A stretch of 24,000 bases of DNA, taken from positions 1-24,000 of the forward strand of contig JAJFLA010000045.1 in NCBI GenBank assembly GCA_021772935.1, given 5' to 3'. Positions 7,231 to 16,189 of the stretch are shown here, piece after piece. The translations under genes were made by a program, and so were the position numbers. The DNA is from Gammaproteobacteria bacterium. GTDB lineage: Bacteria; Pseudomonadota; Gammaproteobacteria; Xanthomonadales; SZUA-36. The notes under the pieces are model-generated. The model was not told where the DNA came from and did no database searches. It saw nothing but the letters and a program-made list of their open reading frames with translations. Every line of letters begins with the position of its first letter. The stretch's first letter is position 1.

Positions 7231-8109
7231 TCAGATGTTTTCCAAATACACTGTCGGTAATACCAAATTATTGATGCCAGCCATTTCCAGTTGATGTGCA
7301 AATTCTTCTATTTGCAATTGAGTCGCGTTTTCCCAGGTTTTAGCAATACCCTTAACACCGTGATGCTGGAAGGCGTTGATTCTGACCGTGGTCTGTTTGG
7401 GTAGTTGCAAAAGCGTCTCACAAAGATCAACCAGGTAATCCTGATAGTCCGTTTGATTCGGAATCAGCAGTAGACGGACTTCCGTGATTTTATTAGCGGC
7501 AGTCAGTAGTTTCAAAGATTGTTTTACCTTGCCGTTGCCAACACCTGTTAACACTCTGTGGCGTTTCGTATGCCACGATTTCAGATCCAGCAGTACCCCG
7601 TCAATATAAGGCAACAGCTTGCCCCAGCTTCTTTTGCCAAGTGAACCATTGGTATCTACAAGGCAGTTGAGGCTGTGTAACTCGGAGTCTGCTCTGAGCA
7701 TTGTCAGCAGATTGATAATAAAGGGCAGTTGAATCGTGGCTTCACCACCCGATAATGTAATGCCACTGATAAATGGCAGGTTTTCACGGATGAGTTCGAG
7801 CAACGTTGAAACGCTGTACAGGCTTGTTTTCGGGCTGGCAGATACCGGACAAATATCGAGGCATTTGTCACATTGAATGCAGACTTCGTTATTCCATTGA
7901 ATCTTGCCACCGCTATCCAGCTTCAATGCAGCTACTGGGCAACCCTCGATACAGTCTCCACAATGATTGCAAACACCCATCGTATAGGGGTTATGGCATG
8001 CTTGGCAGTGAAAGTTACAGCCATGAAAAAAGATGACCAGCCTGTTACCGGGGCCATCTACGCAGGAAAACGTCAGTATTTTATTGACTAAAGCCTGCTT
8101 CGAGTTCAC
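7231..8109 (-). CDS. yjjW: Glycyl-radical enzyme activating protein, YjjW-like (radical SAM with two ferredoxin-type clusters)
   Basis: The N-terminus VDGPGNRLVIFFHGCNFHCQACHNP carries the CxxxCxxC of PflA-type activases. Two 4Fe-4S ferredoxin motifs follow: CNHCGDCIEGCP and CIQCDKCLDICP. The SGGE motif is present. It lies immediately downstream of the YjjI-type gene. The GTG start at 8109 overlaps the yjjI 3' end by 29 nt. Confidence 0.85.
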   Translation of the reverse strand: MNSKQALVNKILTFSCVDGPGNRLVIFFHGCNFHCQACHNPYTMGVCNHCGDCIEGCPVAALKLDSGGKIQWNNEVCIQCDKCLDICPVSASPKTSLYSVSTLLELIRENLPFISGITLSGGEATIQLPFIINLLTMLRADSELHSLNCLVDTNGSLGKRSWGKLLPYIDGVLLDLKSWHTKRHRVLTGVGNGKVKQSLKLLTAANKITEVRLLLIPNQTDYQDYLVDLCETLLQLPKQTTVRINAFQHHGVKGIAKTWENATQLQIEEFAHQLEMAGINNLVLPTVYLENI

Positions 8110-9631
8110 GGCTGATCACCCTGGGTTTACGCTCCAGTATGCCAGTTTTTTCTGCGGCTTCGGCGCCCAGTATGGTTGTGTTTTTCCTGGATCCACTTTC
8201 ATTAAAGGCTTTGATATCTGAAAGTTTGACCATATAGCCTGTGACCCTGACCAGATCGTTTGAAGCAACGTTGGCCGTGAATTCTCTAAGCCCCAGGGAC
8301 AAGGCGCCTTTACAAAGCTGATACATGGCTTCCGGATTGGCTTTAACAGTTTCTTCAATCGTCAGTATGTCGCTGATACCGGAACTGTAATATTGATGAT
8401 GTGCTGCGATTGCCCTGATATGTTCAATCACATCAGGTTCACAGCCATATTGAATCCTGGTCCCTGGTGTAACGCCTTCATCAATGCTCAATCCAGCCTG
8501 CGAATGAAGCAACGCCCGGTTATTGAGGCCGTAGCGAACCGGTGTGCGCTTTACGATATCACTCAAGCTGGCAGAAATTTTATGTCCCAACTCATTTTGC
8601 CAAATACTGTGGCCGTAACTACCGGTATTTTCTTCAGTGGCTGCAAGGCAATTGACCGCTTCTGCCATTCCGTACACACCCCACATCGGCGCAAAGCGAT
8701 TCTCGTGTATCAGTCCTTCAGTAATCAAAAAGCTTTCAAAAAACCCGGATTGTTGATGCAAAAACTTTGTACGGGATTCAATCAGCTCAAACATTAAGCT
8801 GCTGTAATGAGGTAGTTGATTGGTAAAAAAATCCTCAACATCCGCTGACGCCTCTGCAAGCCGTTTCAAATTAAGTCTGACCAGCGTGTTTGCGCCACCA
8901 CCTAAAGGCAATACGTTGTAGCAACTAACGATACCAAAGCCTGTATCGTTAAAAGTTGCTTGATGCAGCGGAAAATTGGCCACATGGGGTTTGCTACATT
9001 CGCATATGTTGCTGGTAACCTGGCGTAACAAATCATCCGGTGTGACATCCGGGTCATACATAAACGTCAAATTTGGAACAATCTGCTTCAACTCAGCGTC
9101 GATACGTAACAGAACCCGGCAAATGATATTGTCGCTTGGGCCAATATTGGCGTGCACAAAAGCATCCGGAAAGGTTCGGTCAAGTTGAATCCAGAATAAC
9201 TTCAGCTTTTTGTAGATATCGCCTTCAGTAAGCCCGTCAACATAAGGCAGAAGCAGGCCATCCAGATAACCAAGAAATACCGGCAAATCGGTGACCGATG
9301 GCACATGATGATACAAAATCAATAAATGGTTGAGCGCCTCATCAATATCTGTGGCCGGCGACAACTCAAGGTAGTCTGAGCCCAACTCAAGAAAGCGTTC
9401 GTAATCGGGCAATACATACCTTGGTTTGTAGGGCGCATGCCCCTCCAGCATGTCACAAATGAAGCCTGCGGTCATCGCATCGCTAACGGCAGCCGACACC
9501 AATGGGAGGGGTAACAAGCTGTCAGCTGCCAAGGCAAGATTTCGGCTTTTTTGTCTGAACGACAACTTTGCTTCAGTCACAATATCCAGCAGTTGTTGTT
9601 CAAAATGCGTCATGTCATAACTATACGCCAT
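8081..9631 (-). CDS. yjjI: YjjI-family putative glycyl radical enzyme (DUF3029-type), substrate unknown
   Basis: This is a 516-aa ORF. It has a C-terminal glycyl-radical fingerprint, NDLVRVTGYMVKLSD (RVxGY). It is paired with a YjjW-type activase directly downstream, and its size and layout match the E. coli yjjI-yjjW pair. Confidence 0.8.
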   Translation of the reverse strand: MAYSYDMTHFEQQLLDIVTEAKLSFRQKSRNLALAADSLLPLPLVSAAVSDAMTAGFICDMLEGHAPYKPRYVLPDYERFLELGSDYLELSPATDIDEALNHLLILYHHVPSVTDLPVFLGYLDGLLLPYVDGLTEGDIYKKLKLFWIQLDRTFPDAFVHANIGPSDNIICRVLLRIDAELKQIVPNLTFMYDPDVTPDDLLRQVTSNICECSKPHVANFPLHQATFNDTGFGIVSCYNVLPLGGGANTLVRLNLKRLAEASADVEDFFTNQLPHYSSLMFELIESRTKFLHQQSGFFESFLITEGLIHENRFAPMWGVYGMAEAVNCLAATEENTGSYGHSIWQNELGHKISASLSDIVKRTPVRYGLNNRALLHSQAGLSIDEGVTPGTRIQYGCEPDVIEHIRAIAAHHQYYSSGISDILTIEETVKANPEAMYQLCKGALSLGLREFTANVASNDLVRVTGYMVKLSDIKAFNESGSRKNTTILGAEAAEKTGILERKPRVISRELEAGFSQ

Positions 9632-9758
9632 TTTTTATACAGATTTCCGCGCTGGCTATATTAAACCTTGGAAACGACCGGGCAATTACTTTTCCGGGGC
9701 CACCAGGCCCCTGAAATTTGGTACATTAAGCACTTCCGTTGACTGACAGGAAAGGGAC

Positions 9759-11066
9759 TTGAGAAAAAATAATCATAGCAATTTTCGAAGCGTAATAATT
9801 GTGGTCCTGACACTTGGGCTTTTGCTGGCCTGCAGTGCTCAGGCCGAGACCATTGAAGACAAAGTACAGGGCACTGGTGGAATCAATACAGCACAGCAAC
9901 AGGCCAAGCCTTACCTGATTCTTGTCTCCATTGATGGCTTCCGCTGGGACTACATGGATCGCTACCCAACACCAAACATGGATCGAATAGCTGTAAACGG
10001 CTCAAAAGCTGAACGTCTGATACCGGTATATCCAACACTGACCTTTCCAAATCACTACTCGATTGCAACCGGTCTGTACCCTGCCCATCACGGACTGGTG
10101 GCCAACAATTTTCCTGACCCCAAAAGGAACAAATGGTATTCATTAAAGAATCGGGAAACAGTGGAGGACCGCTGGTTTTATTCTGGCGAGCCGATCTGGG
10201 TCACAGCAGAAACCCAGGGCATGGTTGCTGCTTCTTTTTTCTTCGTCGGAAGTGAGGCTCCGATCAAGGGTGTCTCCCCTACCCACTGGCGTAACTACGA
10301 CAAGAACATCAATGGCCAGCAGCGCGTTGATCAGGTATTGGAATGGTTGACACTGCCGGAAAAAAACCGGCCACACATGTACACCTTGTACTTCGAGGAT
10401 GTAGATGATAATTCACATTGGCATGGTCCAGACTCAGTAGAAAATATCGCCGCTATCAGCCGGGTCGATGATTACCTTGGGCGTCTGCTAGACGGAATTC
10501 AAAAGCTACCGCACGCTCAGCGCGTAAATATTATCCTGGTTTCCGACCATGGCCAGTCTGCTTACCTGGAGAATCAGCGACCATTCATATTGGCTGATCA
10601 TGTGAATCTTAATAACACCATCATCATCGAAGGTGGTTCCTACCTGTTTTTGCATTTGGACCAGGACCAGCCAAGCCGGGCTCGTGCCATCGTCAAAACC
10701 GTTAACGAGCACTGGAATCATGGGCGTGCTTATTTACCAACCGAGACCCCTGCGCAATGGCATGTCGATAACAACCCACGTTTTCCTGATGTTATCCTGA
10801 TACCAGAAGCAGGATTTGCAGTACTTTCAACGGTAGAAATGGCTGGCAAAATCAACGCTGGGGATCATGGTTGGGCACCCGAAGCATCCGCAATGCATGG
10901 ATTTTTTGTCGCCAGTGGCCCGAACATCAAATCAGGTGTTACGCTCGGTCCCATTAATAACATCGACATCTATCCTTTGATGTTGTCCATTCTCGGACTT
11001 GATGCACCGGATACCATTGATGGTGATGCCAGTAAATTGGCTACAATTTATTCTGAACATAACTGA
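9759..11066 (+). CDS. Exported nucleotide pyrophosphatase/phosphodiesterase (NPP, alkaline-phosphatase superfamily)
   Basis: The start is TTG, because no in-frame ATG occurs before the conserved core. The signal peptide has either a possible lipobox (LLLAC) or an AQA-E cleavage site. NPP metal and nucleophile motifs are present: SIDGFRWDY, PTLTFPNH, DDNSHWHGP, LVSDHG and GDHGW. Confidence 0.9.
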   Translation: MRKNNHSNFRSVIIVVLTLGLLLACSAQAETIEDKVQGTGGINTAQQQAKPYLILVSIDGFRWDYMDRYPTPNMDRIAVNGSKAERLIPVYPTLTFPNHYSIATGLYPAHHGLVANNFPDPKRNKWYSLKNRETVEDRWFYSGEPIWVTAETQGMVAASFFFVGSEAPIKGVSPTHWRNYDKNINGQQRVDQVLEWLTLPEKNRPHMYTLYFEDVDDNSHWHGPDSVENIAAISRVDDYLGRLLDGIQKLPHAQRVNIILVSDHGQSAYLENQRPFILADHVNLNNTIIIEGGSYLFLHLDQDQPSRARAIVKTVNEHWNHGRAYLPTETPAQWHVDNNPRFPDVILIPEAGFAVLSTVEMAGKINAGDHGWAPEASAMHGFFVASGPNIKSGVTLGPINNIDIYPLMLSILGLDAPDTIDGDASKLATIYSEHN

Positions 11067-11068
11067 AT

Positions 11069-13753
11069 ATGAACAAGAAAAAGGTAGCATTACCCTCCAT
11101 AGCGCTCATATTGTCACTGTTTTTTGTTTCCGGAGCCCTGGCACTGACCTACGAAGTTGTTTGGTCCCGCATGATGATGAACATATTTGGCTCCACCGCG
11201 ATTGCGGTTGGAACCGTATTGGCCGCTTTTATGACGGGTATGGCCATCGGTAGCTGGAAAATAGGTAAACTCGCCGACAGCAGCTCAAATTGTCTTCGCC
11301 TTTACGCTGGCCTTGAAATTGGAATAGCGCTGGCTGCCATAGTTTCACACCTCCTTTTAAGTCAGATAGGTCCCACCCATGCGGCCATTTTTCTGCTGTT
11401 TGGTTCGTCTGCAGCAACGTTTGGATTGGTCCGCTTCACAATGGCATTTTTGCTGGTCATGATCCCTACGATATTGATGGGAGCCACGCTACCTGTCCTG
11501 GCCCGTTTGCTGGTGACCAGAAAGGGGAAAGTAGGGATTAACCTCAGCACACTTTATGCAACAAACACTTTTGGAGCGGTGAGCGGCGTATTGCTTACCG
11601 GTTTTTTCCTGATTGGCAAATACGGCATCCATGTACCGGTCTACGCGGCGGTAATCGGTAATTTGCTCATCGGTGGTATTGCCTGGTTAGTATCACTTCG
11701 ACTGCCCGTATCTTCAACCGACACAACACCTGTTAAGGTGCATTCGGAGCACGGCACGACTGTTGCAAATGGTAGCCCGAGTCCTGCCACCATTCGTATC
11801 ATTTTATTCGGTCTTGGACTCTCTGGTTTTACCTCCTTTGCCTATGAGATTTATTGGACCCGGTCACTGGTCTTCATCCTTGGGAACTCTACCTATGCAC
11901 TGACTACTATGCTAAGTGCATTCCTGACCGGTATCGCACTGGGTGGTTACCTGGTCCGATTCTTTCTCAAAAGAATCAAGGATAGTTGCATCATTTTCGG
12001 AAGCACCCAGATTCTGCTGGGTATTTTTTCAGCCCTGGCATTGCCACTATTGTTTTCCATTTCCGATCCTCAATCCTTGAGCCAATACTTGCTGGAAAGC
12101 TCCGCTCAGATCTTTCCACTGTTTTTTGCAGGTTTCGGGGTGGCCTTTTTGGTCATGCTTGTCCCCGCCATGCTGATTGGCGCAAGCTTTCCGTTGGTCG
12201 GTCAAATCGCGGTCAGGGATTTGCAGCAAAGCGGCACATCCATCGGCAGGGTTTACGCCATCAATACCATTGGAAATGTTTTTGGAGCCTTGTTACCGGG
12301 CTTTCTTCTGCTCAACTGGCTGGGTATCCAAAAAGGCATACTGAGCATGGCTATCATCAACGTAGCCTTGGGATTTGTAATTCTTTTTTTAAGACTAACA
12401 ACCTCATCCCGACATCCAGCCTGGCGGCTTGCCCTGGCCGTACTTGTGGTTTTAACTGTGTTTACGCTGAGTCGGGCACCGCTTCATTTTCAGTTTCCTT
12501 CAGAGGGTGAATTCAGTCATCACCAAACCCTTTTTTATCGTGAAGGACCATCAGCGACAACCAAGGTGTTCCAGGACCCTAAGACACAAACCAAACACAT
12601 GAGTGTGGACGGTATCATTATTGGTGGTACCGGAATGATCGAGTTCAAGCAATTGTTGCTGGCGCATTTACCAAAATTACTGCTTGATGATGTCTCAAAT
12701 GAACTTTCAGTCGGTGTGGGCTCGGGTATTCTCATGGGGGAAAGTTTTCTTCACGCCCGTGTGAAGCATGTTACTGGTGTTGAAATTGAGCCAGGTGTGG
12801 TCGATGGTGCCGCATGGTTCGCGGGAGAAAACCACGATGTTCTGCAGCATCAGGGACTGGACGTCATCGTTGATGATATTGGTAACTTCCTGCGTACCAC
12901 GTCTGATACCTATCAGGTCATTACCGCTGATGAGAAGACTGCTGACGAATACGCATCGAACGGCTATTCATACTCTCTGGAGTACTATGAATTGTTGCAG
13001 CAGCACCTCGACCCTGATGGTTTGGTTGCCCAATGGATTCCTACAACTCTACCGCCAGAACAATATCAAATGATCCTCAGGACATTTACCGACAGTTTTC
13101 CTCATGTCCAGCTCTGGTACTTTTTACCTGCTTATAAAAGAGGCCCTTTTAATTCCATATTGATTGGTTCCAAGCAGCGCATTGAGGTCAGTTATAACCA
13201 TATTAAGAAGCAATTCGCCGAGCACCCTGAGGCCTATCAAAGCCTGGTCGCATATGGTCTGACATCCGCCGAGGCTGTTCTGCCTCATTTTGTGGCTGAT
13301 GAAAAAACGATCCACAAGGCCGTCAGCACGGCCGCCATCAACAGTCTGACCCATCCCCGTTACGAGTTTTATTATCCTTGGGATTATGCAGCTGAAAAGC
13401 AAAATAAATTTATTGCGAATCATCAATTGATTACCCGTCTCAGACGTGAAGCTTACCCCGGCTTTCTGGCAGCTTTGCAGGAAGAAATACCGGACACTAG
13501 CCGACTCGAAACCACCTTCACGGCCGAAGACCTGTACCTGGCCGGATTTGCACAATACCTAAGCGGTATGACCTCAAGCAAACTCTACCGTGTATTTGAC
13601 TATGTGCTCTCTGTCGCCCCATGGAACGACAGTCTGAGGGCCCGAATTTATTCGCTTTACGCATATACGGCCTCGGTTCGCAGGAGTCCCTCGGAAAGAG
13701 CGCGCCTTATGAAGCGGGCAGATTCACTCTATGCAAGCCACCCGGAACCATGA
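11069..13753 (+). CDS. Fused polytopic membrane (MFS-like) / spermidine-synthase-like protein with a helical C-terminal extension
   Basis: This is an 894-aa ORF. The N-terminal roughly 470 aa contain many TM helices and open with FFVSGALALTYEVVWSRMMMNIFG, typical of the fused MFS/spermidine synthase family. A Rossmann-type domain follows (LSVGVGSGILMGE...VTGVEIEP...VITADEKTADEY...LDPDGLVAQW). The ATG lies 2 nt after the NPP stop. Confidence 0.8.
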   Translation: MNKKKVALPSIALILSLFFVSGALALTYEVVWSRMMMNIFGSTAIAVGTVLAAFMTGMAIGSWKIGKLADSSSNCLRLYAGLEIGIALAAIVSHLLLSQIGPTHAAIFLLFGSSAATFGLVRFTMAFLLVMIPTILMGATLPVLARLLVTRKGKVGINLSTLYATNTFGAVSGVLLTGFFLIGKYGIHVPVYAAVIGNLLIGGIAWLVSLRLPVSSTDTTPVKVHSEHGTTVANGSPSPATIRIILFGLGLSGFTSFAYEIYWTRSLVFILGNSTYALTTMLSAFLTGIALGGYLVRFFLKRIKDSCIIFGSTQILLGIFSALALPLLFSISDPQSLSQYLLESSAQIFPLFFAGFGVAFLVMLVPAMLIGASFPLVGQIAVRDLQQSGTSIGRVYAINTIGNVFGALLPGFLLLNWLGIQKGILSMAIINVALGFVILFLRLTTSSRHPAWRLALAVLVVLTVFTLSRAPLHFQFPSEGEFSHHQTLFYREGPSATTKVFQDPKTQTKHMSVDGIIIGGTGMIEFKQLLLAHLPKLLLDDVSNELSVGVGSGILMGESFLHARVKHVTGVEIEPGVVDGAAWFAGENHDVLQHQGLDVIVDDIGNFLRTTSDTYQVITADEKTADEYASNGYSYSLEYYELLQQHLDPDGLVAQWIPTTLPPEQYQMILRTFTDSFPHVQLWYFLPAYKRGPFNSILIGSKQRIEVSYNHIKKQFAEHPEAYQSLVAYGLTSAEAVLPHFVADEKTIHKAVSTAAINSLTHPRYEFYYPWDYAAEKQNKFIANHQLITRLRREAYPGFLAALQEEIPDTSRLETTFTAEDLYLAGFAQYLSGMTSSKLYRVFDYVLSVAPWNDSLRARIYSLYAYTASVRRSPSERARLMKRADSLYASHPEP

Positions 13754-13791
13754 TGAGCTGAAAGCAATAATAACAACAACTACCTTACACT

Positions 13792-13805
13792 TTGATTGGA
13801 ATCAA
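13792..13805. promoter_or_regulatory. Perfect FNR/CRP-family (FNR-type) binding-site consensus TTGAT-N4-ATCAA
   Basis: The sequence TTGATTGGAATCAA is read directly and extends to the 16-bp palindrome TTTGATTGGAATCAAA (13791-13806). It lies in the AT-rich 196-bp gap upstream of the Yip1 and oxidoreductase genes. TATAGT hexamers occur at 13823-13828 and 13842-13847. Confidence 0.5.
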
Positions 13806-13949
13806 ACGATTGATATTAATCATATAGTTCAACAAAAAGAGTATAGTTAACGAGATCAGAGAACCATATTCTGCTGGGCCGACCGGTTGCATCAATGGGC
13901 ACTGCAGGAAATGGATCGCTGTCCCCATAAACTCAGTTGGAGAGAGGCC

Positions 13950-15023
13950 ATGACATTCGATTTTGCAAGAACCCTATCGCTGGTTAAAGGTGGATTGTTT
14001 GACCATCGAACAACCTGGGAATCTTATCTGCAGGAAAACCCTGGCTGGCAACAAACGGCCATGCTGCTTACAGGGCCGTTAGTGCTCGCTAATGTGCTGC
14101 TCAGCACTATTTTCTCAAGAATCACTGGTGGCTTTGCATACCCTGGTTACGACAGTAATATTTTCGCGGCATTGTTCTCGGGTCTGGTGATGGCCTGCCT
14201 GGGTTTTGTTGTCGCGGTGTTCGCCTTCAATTTCCTGGCCGGTGTGTTTAAGGGCAAGCAAGATTTTTCCCGTGTATTTGCCGCCATAAGTCTGGCTGCT
14301 ATCCCTTCATGGGTCGCCGGTGTACTGGGGGCACTGGTTCCTGCCTTTGGTTTTTTGATCATTCTTGCCGGTGGCATCATGTCACTGGTTTTCTTATACA
14401 AGATTATGCCACTCGCGCTGGCTGTACCAGAGGACAAAAGACTGGCCCACTTCATTGTATCTCTGCTGGTGATATTTATTCTGAACATTTTGATCGGCAG
14501 TATTATTGGTATCAACTCACTCTACAGCAGCGTACAACGTGATGCGTTCAACAATAAAACAACAACTTCGGGGTCATTAACTGGATCAGGCGTTTTGGGC
14601 GAATTTGAACGTCAGGGTCGCTTGATGGAAGATGCCGACGAAGATAACTATGATCCGCCAGCTGATGATAAATTGACCAAATCTCAGGTAGTCGCTTATG
14701 TCAAAGTACTAAAAAAGACCCGCGCGGTTCATGCAGAGTATGCGAACAAAGCACAAAAATTTGCTGACAAAATGGAAGCAAAAGAGAAAGCTGGCGAAAC
14801 CCCTTCAGGAAAAGACCTGTCACAATTGTATAGCGGCATCGGTGGTGTAATGAGCATGAACAACGCTGAAATGGAAATCGTCAAGACCGGACAGGGTAAC
14901 TGGGCGGAGCACCTATGGGTCAAGGAACAATTACATATCGCACAAATTCAGCAGGGTGATGGATCCGAGGCGCTCGCACACAACTACAAACTGTTCAAGA
15001 AATACAAAGAAGATTTAGACTAA
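13950..15023 (+). CDS. Yip1-domain integral membrane protein with an uncharacterised soluble C-terminal domain
   Basis: ATG 13950 is preceded by GGAGAGAGG. The N-terminus MTFDFARTLSLVKGGLF is followed by five hydrophobic helices, typical of the Yip1/DUF1282-type topology. The C-terminal roughly 140 aa are charged and helical, with no motif I recognise. Confidence 0.65.
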   Translation: MTFDFARTLSLVKGGLFDHRTTWESYLQENPGWQQTAMLLTGPLVLANVLLSTIFSRITGGFAYPGYDSNIFAALFSGLVMACLGFVVAVFAFNFLAGVFKGKQDFSRVFAAISLAAIPSWVAGVLGALVPAFGFLIILAGGIMSLVFLYKIMPLALAVPEDKRLAHFIVSLLVIFILNILIGSIIGINSLYSSVQRDAFNNKTTTSGSLTGSGVLGEFERQGRLMEDADEDNYDPPADDKLTKSQVVAYVKVLKKTRAVHAEYANKAQKFADKMEAKEKAGETPSGKDLSQLYSGIGGVMSMNNAEMEIVKTGQGNWAEHLWVKEQLHIAQIQQGDGSEALAHNYKLFKKYKEDLD

Positions 15024-15064
15024 GTTCCACACAGTCTGCGATCGTTGCCGGAGATATCATTGAC

Positions 15065-16189
15065 ATGAGTTATGAATTCATCGAAGGCAACGAGGCCGTT
15101 GCACGTGCGGCAATGAAGGCTGGCTGCAATTTTTTTGCGGGCTATCCAATCACCCCGGCGTCGTCGATCTTTCAAAGTATGCTTGACTTGATACCGTCAA
15201 CCGGGGGCATGGCTATCCAGGCTGAAGACGAAATCGCCGCCATTGGTTTTTGTATCGGTGCTGCGATGGCGGGTCGCAAAGTGATGACGGCCACCAGCGG
15301 CCCAGGCATCAGTCTGTATAGCGAGAACCTTGGACTTGCCACGATCGGCGAGACACCCATGGTGATCATTAATGTACAGCGACAAGGACCGGCCACAGGC
15401 TCAGCAACCAAGGGTGCGGAAGGTGATATTCAATTCACACGCTGGGGTACATCTGGCGGACTCCCTGTCATTGCCCTCAGCCCGGCATCTGTCGCGGAGG
15501 CCTATGAGCTTACTTATCATGCATTCAACCTGGCTGAACGATTCCGTGTGCCCGTCACACTACTGTCGAATAAAGAAGTTGGTCTTACCCGTGAAAGAGT
15601 TGACCTTGATGCGATTAAGCTACCTCCGCGTCGGGAACGTATCAAAGTAGCTGAGGATGAAGCCTTTGTTCCACATGGCTTCCAGTCATCCGCGGATGTA
15701 CCGGTGATGGCAGACATCGGTGGTGAACATATTGTTCGTTATACGACCTCGACGCATGACCAGGTGGCCAAGCTGACCACCAATCCAGAAATTATTGGGG
15801 ATATGCTGGCGCACTATAACAACAAGATCATCAACCACGTCGATGAAATTACGCGGGTAAAAGAAGATTTTGAAACCGGTGCCCAGACGCTGTTTATCAG
15901 CTATGGCGTTACATCACGATCTGTCGCAGCCGCGGTTGAAACGGTGAGGCGTAAAGGCAGGAAGATCTCGTCATTGGTGATACAGACACTTTGGCCGGTG
16001 CCGGAGAAAGTGATTCTTGAGGCAATGCAAGGTATCAAAAAAGTGATCGTACCGGAAATGAACCTCGGACAGTACCTGCTGGAGATTCAACGTCTGGTAC
16101 CTGCAAACGTAGAACTGGTTGGAATTAACAAGATGAACACCACGCTGATCTCACCCAGGCAGATCATCGAGGAAGGGGGCTTGTTGTGA
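15065..16189 (+). CDS. 2-oxoacid:ferredoxin oxidoreductase, alpha subunit
   Basis: The N-terminus GNEAVARAAMKAGCNFFAGYPITPASSI is the POR_N signature. GPGISL and the domain II pattern are also present. The stop overlaps the next gene's start (GTGA at 16186-16189). Confidence 0.9.
   Translation: MSYEFIEGNEAVARAAMKAGCNFFAGYPITPASSIFQSMLDLIPSTGGMAIQAEDEIAAIGFCIGAAMAGRKVMTATSGPGISLYSENLGLATIGETPMVIINVQRQGPATGSATKGAEGDIQFTRWGTSGGLPVIALSPASVAEAYELTYHAFNLAERFRVPVTLLSNKEVGLTRERVDLDAIKLPPRRERIKVAEDEAFVPHGFQSSADVPVMADIGGEHIVRYTTSTHDQVAKLTTNPEIIGDMLAHYNNKIINHVDEITRVKEDFETGAQTLFISYGVTSRSVAAAVETVRRKGRKISSLVIQTLWPVPEKVILEAMQGIKKVIVPEMNLGQYLLEIQRLVPANVELVGINKMNTTLISPRQIIEEGGLL

Noticed and set aside
7155-7301. 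N-terminal extension of the redoxin ORF (listed 6570-7301), which would overlap the activase 3' end
   Set aside because: The internal ATG at 7154 has a GAGGAG SD and opens directly into a signal peptide. The extension (MHINWKWLASIIWYYRQ...) has no such logic.
9696-9711. GGGGCC-ACCA-GGCCCC hairpin between the divergent yjjI and NPP genes, plus a TTGCCC-N16-TAATAT sigma70-like promoter (9658-9685, minus strand)
   Set aside because: The hairpin sits between two gene starts, so it is not a terminator. The promoter match is plausible but unsupported without TSS data. No FNR, NsrR or Pho box could be matched here.
11986-13555. Alternative-frame and antisense ORFs (11986-12510 plus, 12768-13073 plus, 13124-13555 minus)
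   Set aside because: They are embedded in the 894-aa fused MFS/spermidine-synthase-like gene, whose frame is continuous and carries motifs.
13808-13826. AT-rich GATTGATATTAATCATATA, considered as a Fur box
   Set aside because: Alignment to the GATAATGATAATCATTATC consensus is poor in every register I tried. It is more likely promoter -10-like sequence next to the FNR box.
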